From contig JAXGON010000001.1 in assembly GCA_040767425.1 (NCBI GenBank), forward strand, positions 5,477-69,476: 64,000 bases of DNA, given 5' to 3'. Each line of letters begins with the position of its first letter. The first letter of the stretch is position 1. The notes under the pieces are model-generated. The model was not told the origin of the DNA, did not search any database, and saw only the letters and a program-made list of their open reading frames with translations. Below are positions 1 to 7,439 of this stretch, piece after piece. Origin of the DNA: Anaerolineae bacterium (GTDB lineage: Bacteria > Chloroflexota > Anaerolineae > UBA1429). Both the position numbers and the translations under genes were made by a program.

Positions 1-418
1 AGGCCATAGCCTGGCGTGCCAGCGACAAGCTCGGCGATCAGCTGCCGCTCGAATCTGCGGACGAGATCGGCTGGGTCTCGGAACTTGGTCCAGTGGGCCC
101 CCGAGTGATGCAAAAAGTAGGACGCTGCTGGCGACACCGCGCGCCCGACGGCGCGGTAGAGGAACAGCGGCGTCTTGGCGTGTTGTGCTTCGCGCCACTC
201 GACGCCCAGCGGCGCGACAATGTCGGTGCCGAGCACAAAGAGATGCAGGTCGCTCTCGTGGAGGGCGCGCAGGTCTGGGTTCAGGTTGCCTCTGCCTGCT
301 GGGGTTCGGTGCAGCGTCCAGCGAACCTTGGGCAGCAAGCCAGCCAAGAGCTTGCCTATGGCCTCGCATTCGGCGTCCATCTCTTGCGCTGCGCTAATAT
401 AGAGTGTCAAGTCGGCCA
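1..418 (-). CDS. Hypothetical protein, 5' part only (ATG at 418; runs off the window start). The N-terminus resembles a DUF4062/TIR-like domain.
   Basis: Manual translation of the minus strand from the ATG at 416-418 gives MADLTLYISAAQEMDAECEAIGKLLAGLL...LHESDLHLFVLGTDIVAPLGVEWREAQHAKTPLFLY..., with no stop before position 1. It is absent from the ORF track because no stop lies inside the window. The pattern (hydrophobic-Y-I-S-A...D..E, then sD.hlfvLG..yG...E...A....P) matches my recollection of DUF4062. Confidence 0.35.
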
Positions 419-432
419 TCACCTATCCCCCG

Positions 433-1530
433 TTAGCTTGCGTTGGGCTCGATCACTGCCTTGACGACCCGCAATTGGGCCACATCGTCCAGCGCCATCT
501 GGGCCTCCTCCAGGCTGTAACGGCGCGAGATGAAGCGTTCCCACTGGTAGCGGTCGCCGTGCTTGGCCAAGACGCGCATCGCCCGCCATAGATGACCATA
601 GTCGATGCCCCACGTGCCGCGGATCTCCAGGTGCTTGCGGTTGATGTCCAGATGCGGATTGATGGAGATGTCGCCGCCGTCGGTATACTGGCCCACGATC
701 ACATACCGCCCCGCATCGCGAGTCATGGCCATGCCTTCGCGGACCGCTTGAGGGTTGCCGCTGGCCTCGATGGTCACGTCTGCGCCACGTCCGCCGCACA
801 GCTCGCGGACCATGGCGGCTCGCTCCTCGGGGGCGTGCGCGCTGATGTCGATGACGGCATCGGCGCCGATGCGTTGCGCCTCGGCCAAGCGGCTCGACGG
901 CCCGCCGATGACAATGATCTGTGTGGCGCCCTTGAGCTGTGCCAAGATGGCCGCACTCAGCCCCACTGGCCCGCTACCCTGGATGACGACAGCGTCGCCG
1001 AGCTGGATGTCGGCCCGCTCGATGGCGTGTACCGCCGTCGGCAGACCGCAACCGGCTCCGGCGAATCGCTCCGCCGATACACCGTCTGGCAGTGGCAGCA
1101 CCAGGACGCCCGGCTTGAGATAGATCATCTCGGACCAGCCGCCCAGCAGACCTTCGTCGGCCGAGTAGGTGATGCCGTATACCCGCCGGCTGGGGCAACG
1201 CGTCGAAGCATGTGCCACGGTGCAGTACCAGCAGCGCCCGCAGGTCTCGTGCACATCCAGAAAAGTGACCATCTGGCCTACACGGAGCGGCTCGCCGGCC
1301 ACGTCGCGCAGATCTCCCTCTAGTTCGGCGATCTCGCCCACGTTGATGTGGCCTGGGATGATCGGATAGGGAACGCCGCTGAGACGGCCCTCATGGAGAT
1401 GTACATCCGTCCCACAAACCTCGCTCATCACCGTCTTGAGGAGGATGGCGCCGGGCTCTAGTTTCGGCGTCGGATAGGAGCGAATCTCGATGGGCTGAAA
1501 AGGACCTGGCATCACGGCGGCGCGGACCAT
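433..1530 (-). CDS. Zinc-dependent alcohol dehydrogenase, MDR superfamily.
   Basis: ORF 433..1599(-). Contains CGTDVH, the structural-zinc cysteines (CGRCWYC) and a GSGPVG Rossmann motif. Start taken at the internal MVRAAVMPG to match family N-termini. Confidence 0.8.
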   Translation of the reverse strand: MVRAAVMPGPFQPIEIRSYPTPKLEPGAILLKTVMSEVCGTDVHLHEGRLSGVPYPIIPGHINVGEIAELEGDLRDVAGEPLRVGQMVTFLDVHETCGRCWYCTVAHASTRCPSRRVYGITYSADEGLLGGWSEMIYLKPGVLVLPLPDGVSAERFAGAGCGLPTAVHAIERADIQLGDAVVIQGSGPVGLSAAILAQLKGATQIIVIGGPSSRLAEAQRIGADAVIDISAHAPEERAAMVRELCGGRGADVTIEASGNPQAVREGMAMTRDAGRYVIVGQYTDGGDISINPHLDINRKHLEIRGTWGIDYGHLWRAMRVLAKHGDRYQWERFISRRYSLEEAQMALDDVAQLRVVKAVIEPNAS

Positions 1531-1713
1531 GGCGGATTCCTCTCTATGCGTGTTTCGAACAGGCAGCCTGATTATGGGGACGCCACGGCATCGTGTCAAC
1601 GAGCCGTTCTTAACGGCGGATTTATCCCAGTTTTACGATGCTCGACGCTTTCAGCGTCTTTGTGCTGCTATACTTATGAAAGACTGCCTGTATCTATCTG
1701 CGGGGGAAAGTTA

Positions 1714-2805
1714 GTGGATTGGCACGGAGCCGCGAGCGAATCGAGAGACCCTAGCCGGATCCTGTTGGTCGATGACGAGGCGGACGTCCTCTATTCGGTA
1801 CAAGAGTTCCTTCAACATGCCGGGTACCAGGTCATTCCGGCCCAGTCCGGCGAGCAAGGATTGGAGGCGTTGGTCCAATCGTCACCGGACATGATCATAT
1901 CGGATATCATGATGGCCGATATGGATGGTTTCGAGTTCCAGCAGCGTGCCAACGCGCTCACTGGCAACTCTGTGCCGTTCGTCTTTCTAACTGGCAAGGA
2001 TGACCTGCAGTCGCGACTTGATGGGCTCTTGCGCGGCGCCGATGACTATATCATCAAGCCGTTCGAGCCTAGGGAGCTGGCCGCCCGGGTGCAGGCGATC
2101 CTGAATCGCGTTGAGCATACCCGTGACGAGGAACGACGACGTCTGCAGGATCTGCGAACGCAGATCATCGCCGAGATCTCCAAGGAGTTGCGGGCGCCGG
2201 TTGCACGTCTGCAGTCGCACCTCAACCTCTTGCTCAGAGAGCGCTTTTCCGGCGATGAGCAGGGCATGGCCCGCTACCTGGAACAAGCACTATCCGATGC
2301 CCGCGTGCTGCGGGAGCTAATCGACGATCTCTCCTGGGCCGCGCCCGAGATCGCCGACGAGTATCCTGTGCAGCGCGAGCCAGTGCGGGTTGCCCCCATC
2401 GTGCGCGGCTCGGCGGCTCAAGCTGCCCGCTTGGCTGCCGCGCGCAACATCGAGCTCAAGATCTCATGCGGCGGCCTTCTCAGCGCCAACCTGGATCCGG
2501 ATGCCATGGAGCGGGCCCTGGCAGGCTTGCTCGAATCGGCCGTCAGCGTCTCCCCCAGCGGGTCTCGTGTCACCATCTCTGCCAGTCGAGCGGAGGAGGG
2601 TGGGGTCGAGTTTGTTATCACGGACGGTGGTTGTGCTGGGGACGTCGAGGCGCCCTCGGTAGAGGGGGATGTGATCGACTTTGCCAACCGAGTGGTCAGG
2701 GGCCACGGCGGCAAGCTGCGCATCGATCGTAACGTCGATCAGGAGACCGGTGTGGTCATCTGGCTTCCCGGCAGGGTGGCCAAGTATGTTGGGCAACGAG
2801 ACTAG
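1714..2805 (+). CDS. Response-regulator receiver domain fused to a degenerate (probably non-catalytic) histidine-kinase-like module.
   Basis: ORF 1546..2805. The REC domain carries the conserved LLVDDE...D...K residues. The HisKA-like helix reads KELRAPV where HELRTPL is expected, so the His is replaced by Lys. In the HATPase-like region the N-box Asn is replaced (LLESAV) and the G1 box is degenerate. A GTG start at 1714 follows a GGGGGAAAG Shine-Dalgarno. Confidence 0.7.
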   Translation: MDWHGAASESRDPSRILLVDDEADVLYSVQEFLQHAGYQVIPAQSGEQGLEALVQSSPDMIISDIMMADMDGFEFQQRANALTGNSVPFVFLTGKDDLQSRLDGLLRGADDYIIKPFEPRELAARVQAILNRVEHTRDEERRRLQDLRTQIIAEISKELRAPVARLQSHLNLLLRERFSGDEQGMARYLEQALSDARVLRELIDDLSWAAPEIADEYPVQREPVRVAPIVRGSAAQAARLAAARNIELKISCGGLLSANLDPDAMERALAGLLESAVSVSPSGSRVTISASRAEEGGVEFVITDGGCAGDVEAPSVEGDVIDFANRVVRGHGGKLRIDRNVDQETGVVIWLPGRVAKYVGQRD

Positions 2806-4840
2806 CCCCAGAGCCGAAGAACACCAGGTTCTCTGGTTTCACTTTATCGTTGGACGGACCATCGTCACCGGTGCGCTGCTCTTGGTGCTGGTAGCCATAC
2901 ACGGCATCGTGCCGTCACCCTCTGCGCTGCCACTACACCTTCTCGCCCTCACCCAGTTTGGTGTCAACGGGATCTATCTCTATCTCTGGCGCAAACGCGA
3001 GTTGCTCTTTCTCGGCTACTTGGTCTTTGCCCTCGAGATCCTGCTGCTTTCGGCCCTGATCTTTATGTTGGGCGATGATGGCTCGTACTTTTTGCTGGCC
3101 TACCTTTGGCCCATCATGATGGGCGGCTGGCTGATCGGTCCGCAGGCCGTTCTCCCCCTCACGCTTCTAGCCGCGGTTGCCTATACGACCCTGATCGTAC
3201 TTCAGCAACTAGGTATCCAGCCGATGCAGCCGGCCTGGGCGCCGGGGCAAGCGTCCATGGGGGCACTTCTGGGGTTGGTCTACCTCATCTCGGTGGCGGG
3301 GGTCGTCTGGATCTGTTACTCGGAGGCTTCGCGGCAGCGGGGCCTCTTACGACGGAGACACGAGGCGCTACGGCGCGCCAACGCCGATCTCCGCGCACTC
3401 TTGCAGGCCAGAGAGGAGCTTGCTCGGCCGGATGGCGAGCATGATCTGCTGGAGATCGCCTTGGAGCAGTTGCGGGCCCTCGCGGGCCAGGTGAGCGCCG
3501 GCATTTATCTTCGCGAGGGAGATCGTTGGGCCTTGCGCGCGGAGACCGATCTGGGCGAGTCGGGTAGCGCTCTGGCCGAGGCCACTTTGCGAACCGCCCA
3601 AGACTGGGGCCTTTGGGAGCGCTTCCTGACGGGCGACGGCAGAGCGGAGCGTGGGGTGGCTTCCTCTCGGGGCCCTAGCGATGTCTACTTGGTCCCCCTC
3701 TCCTCCCCCCATGCCCTCGAAGGCTGCCTGGCGCTGGTGATGCCGTCTGGGCAGGATCTCACACTCCGCCAGCGGAACATGATCGCCTTCCTGGCGCGCT
3801 CACTGGCGGCGACCCTTGAGGGCCGCCGGCTCCTGGACGATCTGCGCCGGGAAAGAGACCTGGTGGCAGGTGTGCTGGACAACCTGGATGAAGGCGTCCT
3901 TGTGGCCGACGGAAGCGGTACCATCAGGTTGGTGAACCCAGCCGCTCGCGACCTGGTGGGGGTTGATGCTGGGCAACCAGTGCCGGAGCAGTTTATTTCA
4001 CGGGGCGAGCCTGCCGCCCCCCTGCGCTGGGGTGAGCGATTCTTGCGAGTGCGAGAGGCTCCCTTGGGCGACGCGGGCGATCGGTGTGACGACGTCGTCT
4101 ATGTGGTGCGGGATGTCACCACCGACCTGGAGGCCCAGCAACGGCAGAGCGATTTCGTTGCCTACGTGGCTCACGAGCTTCGCACGCCTTTGACGACCAT
4201 GAGGACGCTGACCGGATTGCTGGCCCAGGAGGATATCGCTGCCGAAAAGCGCGACGAGTACCTCCACGTGATCGCCAACCAGATCGAGCGCCAGACCAAG
4301 CTGGTGCGTGGGCTGCTCGATCTCTCGCGCCTGGAGGCCGGCCACTATGACCTGCCCAAGGATTTGGTCGATGTGCGCGGGGTAGTGCGCGAGGCGGTCA
4401 CCGTCTGCCAGCCGCTGGCCATCGCCAAGGGCCAGAAGATCCAGGTTGATCTACCTGGGGACGGCCTGTTGATCGAGAGCAACGCCGACGGGCTCCAACA
4501 GGTCTTGATCAACCTCTTGAGCAACGCCATCAAGTTCACGCGCGATGGCGGCGAGCTGGGTATCGCTTGTGCGGGGGCGGCGGGGCGCTGCCGCATCCGG
4601 GTGTGGGATCGTGGCATCGGCATGACGCCGGAGGAGCAGCGTACCCTGTTCATCAAGTACGCCACTAGGAGATCCCAGAACGGGCAGGAGGGAATCGGCC
4701 TCGGGCTGGTGATCTCCAAGATGATTCTTGATCAGTTGGGGGCCGAGTTGCAGGTTCACAGCCGACCAGGCGAGGGCAGCGTCTTTACTGTCTCTCTGCC
4801 TCTGGCCAACGTCGTTCTGGGCACAGCGCCTGACGGATAA
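2786..4840 (+). CDS. Sensor histidine kinase with a multi-pass membrane N-terminus, GAF/PAS-like sensor regions, HisKA and HATPase_c.
   Basis: ORF 2681..4840. Shows the H-box HELRTPLTTM, N-box NLLSNAIKFT, G1 box DRGIGM and G2 box GIGLGL, plus several predicted TM helices at the N-terminus. I chose the ATG at 2786 (MLGNETS), which overlaps the upstream gene stop by 20 nt. Confidence 0.8.
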   Translation: MLGNETSPRAEEHQVLWFHFIVGRTIVTGALLLVLVAIHGIVPSPSALPLHLLALTQFGVNGIYLYLWRKRELLFLGYLVFALEILLLSALIFMLGDDGSYFLLAYLWPIMMGGWLIGPQAVLPLTLLAAVAYTTLIVLQQLGIQPMQPAWAPGQASMGALLGLVYLISVAGVVWICYSEASRQRGLLRRRHEALRRANADLRALLQAREELARPDGEHDLLEIALEQLRALAGQVSAGIYLREGDRWALRAETDLGESGSALAEATLRTAQDWGLWERFLTGDGRAERGVASSRGPSDVYLVPLSSPHALEGCLALVMPSGQDLTLRQRNMIAFLARSLAATLEGRRLLDDLRRERDLVAGVLDNLDEGVLVADGSGTIRLVNPAARDLVGVDAGQPVPEQFISRGEPAAPLRWGERFLRVREAPLGDAGDRCDDVVYVVRDVTTDLEAQQRQSDFVAYVAHELRTPLTTMRTLTGLLAQEDIAAEKRDEYLHVIANQIERQTKLVRGLLDLSRLEAGHYDLPKDLVDVRGVVREAVTVCQPLAIAKGQKIQVDLPGDGLLIESNADGLQQVLINLLSNAIKFTRDGGELGIACAGAAGRCRIRVWDRGIGMTPEEQRTLFIKYATRRSQNGQEGIGLGLVISKMILDQLGAELQVHSRPGEGSVFTVSLPLANVVLGTAPDG

Positions 4841-4869
4841 CCGTCAGGACCATGCCAAGGTCCGCAAGG

Positions 4870-5880
4870 CTAGGCTGCGTCGGGCCCAAAGATGTCCTTA
4901 TCGTGGCCAGCCTCGCGCAGCCACTCGACGGTGCGCTGGATGCCCTCTTCTAGGCCCACTCGGGGGCTGTACCCTAGCTCTCGCCGGGCGCGATCGATAG
5001 GATAGATCTGATCGGTGCCCATCACCTCCACGTTGGAGGCGGTCATGGGTGGGCGATCGTTGCGGCCGGTCATGCGATAGTAGCTCTCCCACAGCGAGGC
5101 CAGCAGATAGGCCATCCACCGCGGTTGGCTCTTTTCCGGACGTGAGAGCTGAAGCGCGTCGGCCAGCGCGAAAATGTATTCGCGCCAGGTGACCTCGCTG
5201 CCGTCGGTGATGTTATAGATGCGGCCGGCGGCCTCTTCCTTGTCGCCCGCCAGAATCATGGCGTCGACTAGGTTGCCCACGTAAGTGAGCCCGGCGACAT
5301 GCTTGCCGCCATCATAGAGCTTGAGAGTGCGGTCGCGCAGGCCGTCCAGGATCGCCAGCACCGTTCGCGTTGCCCTCGGCCCGTACACCGTTCCCCGGCG
5401 GATGATCACCGTGGGCAGATTCACCGTCCGGTGGCGGGTGCGCACCAATGCCTCGGCCTCGATCTTGGAGTCGGCATAGCCGAACCCCCTGGGCGAGGGC
5501 GAGACCGTCTCGTCGGCGGGTGTTCCCGGGAACCCGTAGACCTGGGTGGTGCTCAGAAAGACGAACCGTGCCCCGACGCGCGTGGCGGCGCCCAAGACGC
5601 TGCGAACGCCGTCCACATTGGCTTGCTGGAAGGCGATAGCCGGGCCCCAGTCGCGCGATAGCTCGGCGCAGTGGAACACGCGATCGACGCCTTCCGCAGC
5701 GGCGGCCACAGCCGCCTGATCCGTCAGGTTGCCCACGTGCACCTGCACGCCGCGTTTCCTCAGCACGGCCACATCGCTGCTCGGCCGCGCAAACGCTCGA
5801 ACCTCCTCGCCTCGCAATAGCAGAGCATCCGCCAGATGCCAGCCTACCAGGCCAGTGGCTCCCGTCACCAAGCTTTTCAC
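4870..5880 (-). CDS. NAD-dependent epimerase/dehydratase, extended-SDR family.
   Basis: N-terminal MKSLVTGATGLVGWHLADALL matches the GxxGxxG Rossmann motif. Length and family pattern are typical. Confidence 0.8.
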   Translation of the reverse strand: MKSLVTGATGLVGWHLADALLLRGEEVRAFARPSSDVAVLRKRGVQVHVGNLTDQAAVAAAAEGVDRVFHCAELSRDWGPAIAFQQANVDGVRSVLGAATRVGARFVFLSTTQVYGFPGTPADETVSPSPRGFGYADSKIEAEALVRTRHRTVNLPTVIIRRGTVYGPRATRTVLAILDGLRDRTLKLYDGGKHVAGLTYVGNLVDAMILAGDKEEAAGRIYNITDGSEVTWREYIFALADALQLSRPEKSQPRWMAYLLASLWESYYRMTGRNDRPPMTASNVEVMGTDQIYPIDRARRELGYSPRVGLEEGIQRTVEWLREAGHDKDIFGPDAA

Positions 5881-6043
5881 GGCGATGCCTCCCTCCCGGG
5901 TGTTCGGGGGTCCTCGTCGCCAACAGAAACTAGAGTTATATGATATGCTTTATTATATCCAAAGACCAGCTCGGGCGCAAGGGATGTGCGGATCGGGTGT
6001 GACGCGCCTAGGCAATCAACCTTGTGCCCCGGGTCGGCGTTTG

Positions 6044-6072
6044 CCTTGGCTGTCTGGCTGCGCTAAGATAGC
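6044..6072 (+). promoter_or_regulatory. Candidate sigma70-type promoter for the downstream metallophosphoesterase gene.
   Basis: TTGCCT at 6044-6049, a 17-bp spacer, then TAAGAT at 6067-6072, about 20 nt before the ATG at 6091. Confidence 0.3.
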
Positions 6073-6090
6073 GGGTCAGGATACTCTAGG

Positions 6091-6999
6091 GTGGCAATGG
6101 ACTGGCGTGAGCCGAACGAGCGGGAGATGAACGAGGGTAACTGGGAACGGCCCATCACGCGACGAACGCTGCTCAAGCTGGGGCTTGGGGTGGTTGGCGG
6201 TGGCGCCACAGCCATGACGTTCGGCGCCTACTATACGACCTCGGTAGAGCCGGGCTGGATCGAGGTGGTGCGGCGCGATGTGCCCCTGCCTAACTTGGCG
6301 CCCGATCTCGAGGGGCTTACCATCGCTCTCCTGTCCGATCTGCACGTGGGCGCGGTGGTTTCCCCCAGTCACGTGGCCAAAGCGGTTGCGCTCGCGAACG
6401 AACTCGAGCCCGAACTGGCGGCGGTTGTCGGCGACTTTGTGACGGGAGCCGGTGGCTATGCCATCTCATGTGCTCGCGAGCTGGCCGCGCTCAAGGCTCC
6501 TCTGGGTGTCTTTGGCGTGCTGGGCAACCACGACGTATGGAGCGATCCGCGCCTGATCGTCGAGATGCTGACGCGAAACGGCGTGGCGGTGCTTCGCGAT
6601 GAGATCGCCGAGGTGCGACGCGGGGCGGCCACGCTGTCACTGGTGGGGCTAGAGGACTCGGGTCACAGCGGATCGGCCAACGTGACGCCCGAGGTGCTCG
6701 CGCTGCGGTGGCGGGGCAAGATGGCGCTGGCGCGCAAGCTGCTCTCTTCGGCGCAGGGCACCGACCTGACCATCCTGCTGGTTCACAACCCCGACGTGAA
6801 CGAGTTTCTAGAGGACGTGCGCCTGTGGACTTGGCCCTTGCGGCCACACCACGGGGGCCAGATCGCCGCCTTTCTCGCCCCGCTGCTCCCCTCCTCCTTT
6901 GGCCAGTACGCTGCCGCCCATTCAGGGCCCCTCATGCCCGTCTATGTCACCCGTGGCGTCGGCCTGACGCGCCGCGGTCCGGGCCGAACTGCCGCCTGA
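6091..6999 (+). CDS. Metallophosphoesterase of the calcineurin-like YkuE type, with a Tat-type signal.
   Basis: Has an RRTLLKLGLGVVGGGA twin-arginine signal and the motifs LSDLHVG, GDFVTG, GNHD and HHGGQ. The C-terminus looks truncated or frameshifted (see findings). Confidence 0.75.
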   Translation: MAMDWREPNEREMNEGNWERPITRRTLLKLGLGVVGGGATAMTFGAYYTTSVEPGWIEVVRRDVPLPNLAPDLEGLTIALLSDLHVGAVVSPSHVAKAVALANELEPELAAVVGDFVTGAGGYAISCARELAALKAPLGVFGVLGNHDVWSDPRLIVEMLTRNGVAVLRDEIAEVRRGAATLSLVGLEDSGHSGSANVTPEVLALRWRGKMALARKLLSSAQGTDLTILLVHNPDVNEFLEDVRLWTWPLRPHHGGQIAAFLAPLLPSSFGQYAAAHSGPLMPVYVTRGVGLTRRGPGRTAA

Positions 7000-7025
7000 G
7001 GCCTTGTGCTCACTTTGCGCTCGAT

Positions 7026-7277
7026 CTAGGCCTCACTCTCGCCGAGATACGGTCGCTCCAGCGGCGCGATGTCATCCTCGTCAAACTGGGCCGGTTTGTG
7101 CGCATCGATGTCTAGCACCCCTCGAACCAACCCATCCTTGATCAGTGGCAATACGATCTCGCTCTGCGAACGCGGGTCGCAGGCGATGTGGCCGGAAGAG
7201 GCGTGGACATCCGGCACGACCACGGGCTTGCGTGTCCGAACTGCGTGCAGGCAGACCCCCTGGCCGTTCGGCAACAT
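7026..7277 (-). pseudogene. C-terminal remnant (about 83 aa) of a GAF-domain free methionine-(R)-sulfoxide reductase-like gene (fRMsr/YebR family).
   Basis: The ORF encodes ...GQGVCLHAVRTRKPVVVPDVHASSGHIACDPRSQSEIVLPLIKDGLVRGVLDIDAHKPAQFDEDD. This matches the C-terminal half of the GAF fRMsr family, including the GHIACD...SEIVLPL...GVLDIDS motif. An in-frame TGA lies 18 nt upstream, and none of the three upstream frames encodes the missing roughly 80-aa N-terminal half. Confidence 0.6.
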
Positions 7278-7329
7278 TATCTTCTGAGTGATGGATCAGC
7301 CTTCGGTAACATTATCATTTGGGTGGCCA
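7264..7329. repeat. Tandem pair of a low-GC repeat of about 30 bp (copy A 7264-7293 is degenerate; copy B 7299-7329). A third copy lies at 27461-27487.
   Basis: B (CCTTCGGTAACATTATCATTTGGGTGG) is identical over 27-28 nt to 27461-27487. A (CGTTCGGCAACATTATCTTCTGAGTGATGG) is a diverged copy 35 bp away and contains the ATG and first codons of the GAF remnant. Confidence 0.5.
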
Positions 7330-7375
7330 CACAGCAACCATCTCACACCCTTGGCGCTTGCGAGCAACCCTGACC

Positions 7376-7404
7376 TTGACCGCGAGCTGCTCCCTTTCTA
7401 TCAT
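7376..7404 (+). promoter_or_regulatory. Candidate promoter for the beta-glucosidase gene.
   Basis: TTGACC at 7376-7381, a 17-bp spacer, then TATCAT at 7399-7404. An AAAGGAG Shine-Dalgarno lies 7 nt before the ATG at 7440. Confidence 0.3.
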
Positions 7405-7439
7405 GAATCGAGCAGAGCAAAGCAGTAAAGGAGCTCGTC

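Noticed and set aside
592-1323. Long plus-strand ORFs (592..1323, 755..1123 and similar) antisense to the alcohol dehydrogenase gene.
   Set aside because: These are high-GC shadow ORFs with Ala/Arg/Pro/Gly-rich low-complexity translations. The opposite strand has a clear MDR dehydrogenase match.
2681-2785. Upstream extension of the sensor kinase ORF (the track start at 2681).
   Set aside because: The extension overlaps the upstream gene by 125 nt and encodes Ala/Ser-rich sequence with no TM or signal features. The ATG at 2786 gives a sensible membrane N-terminus.
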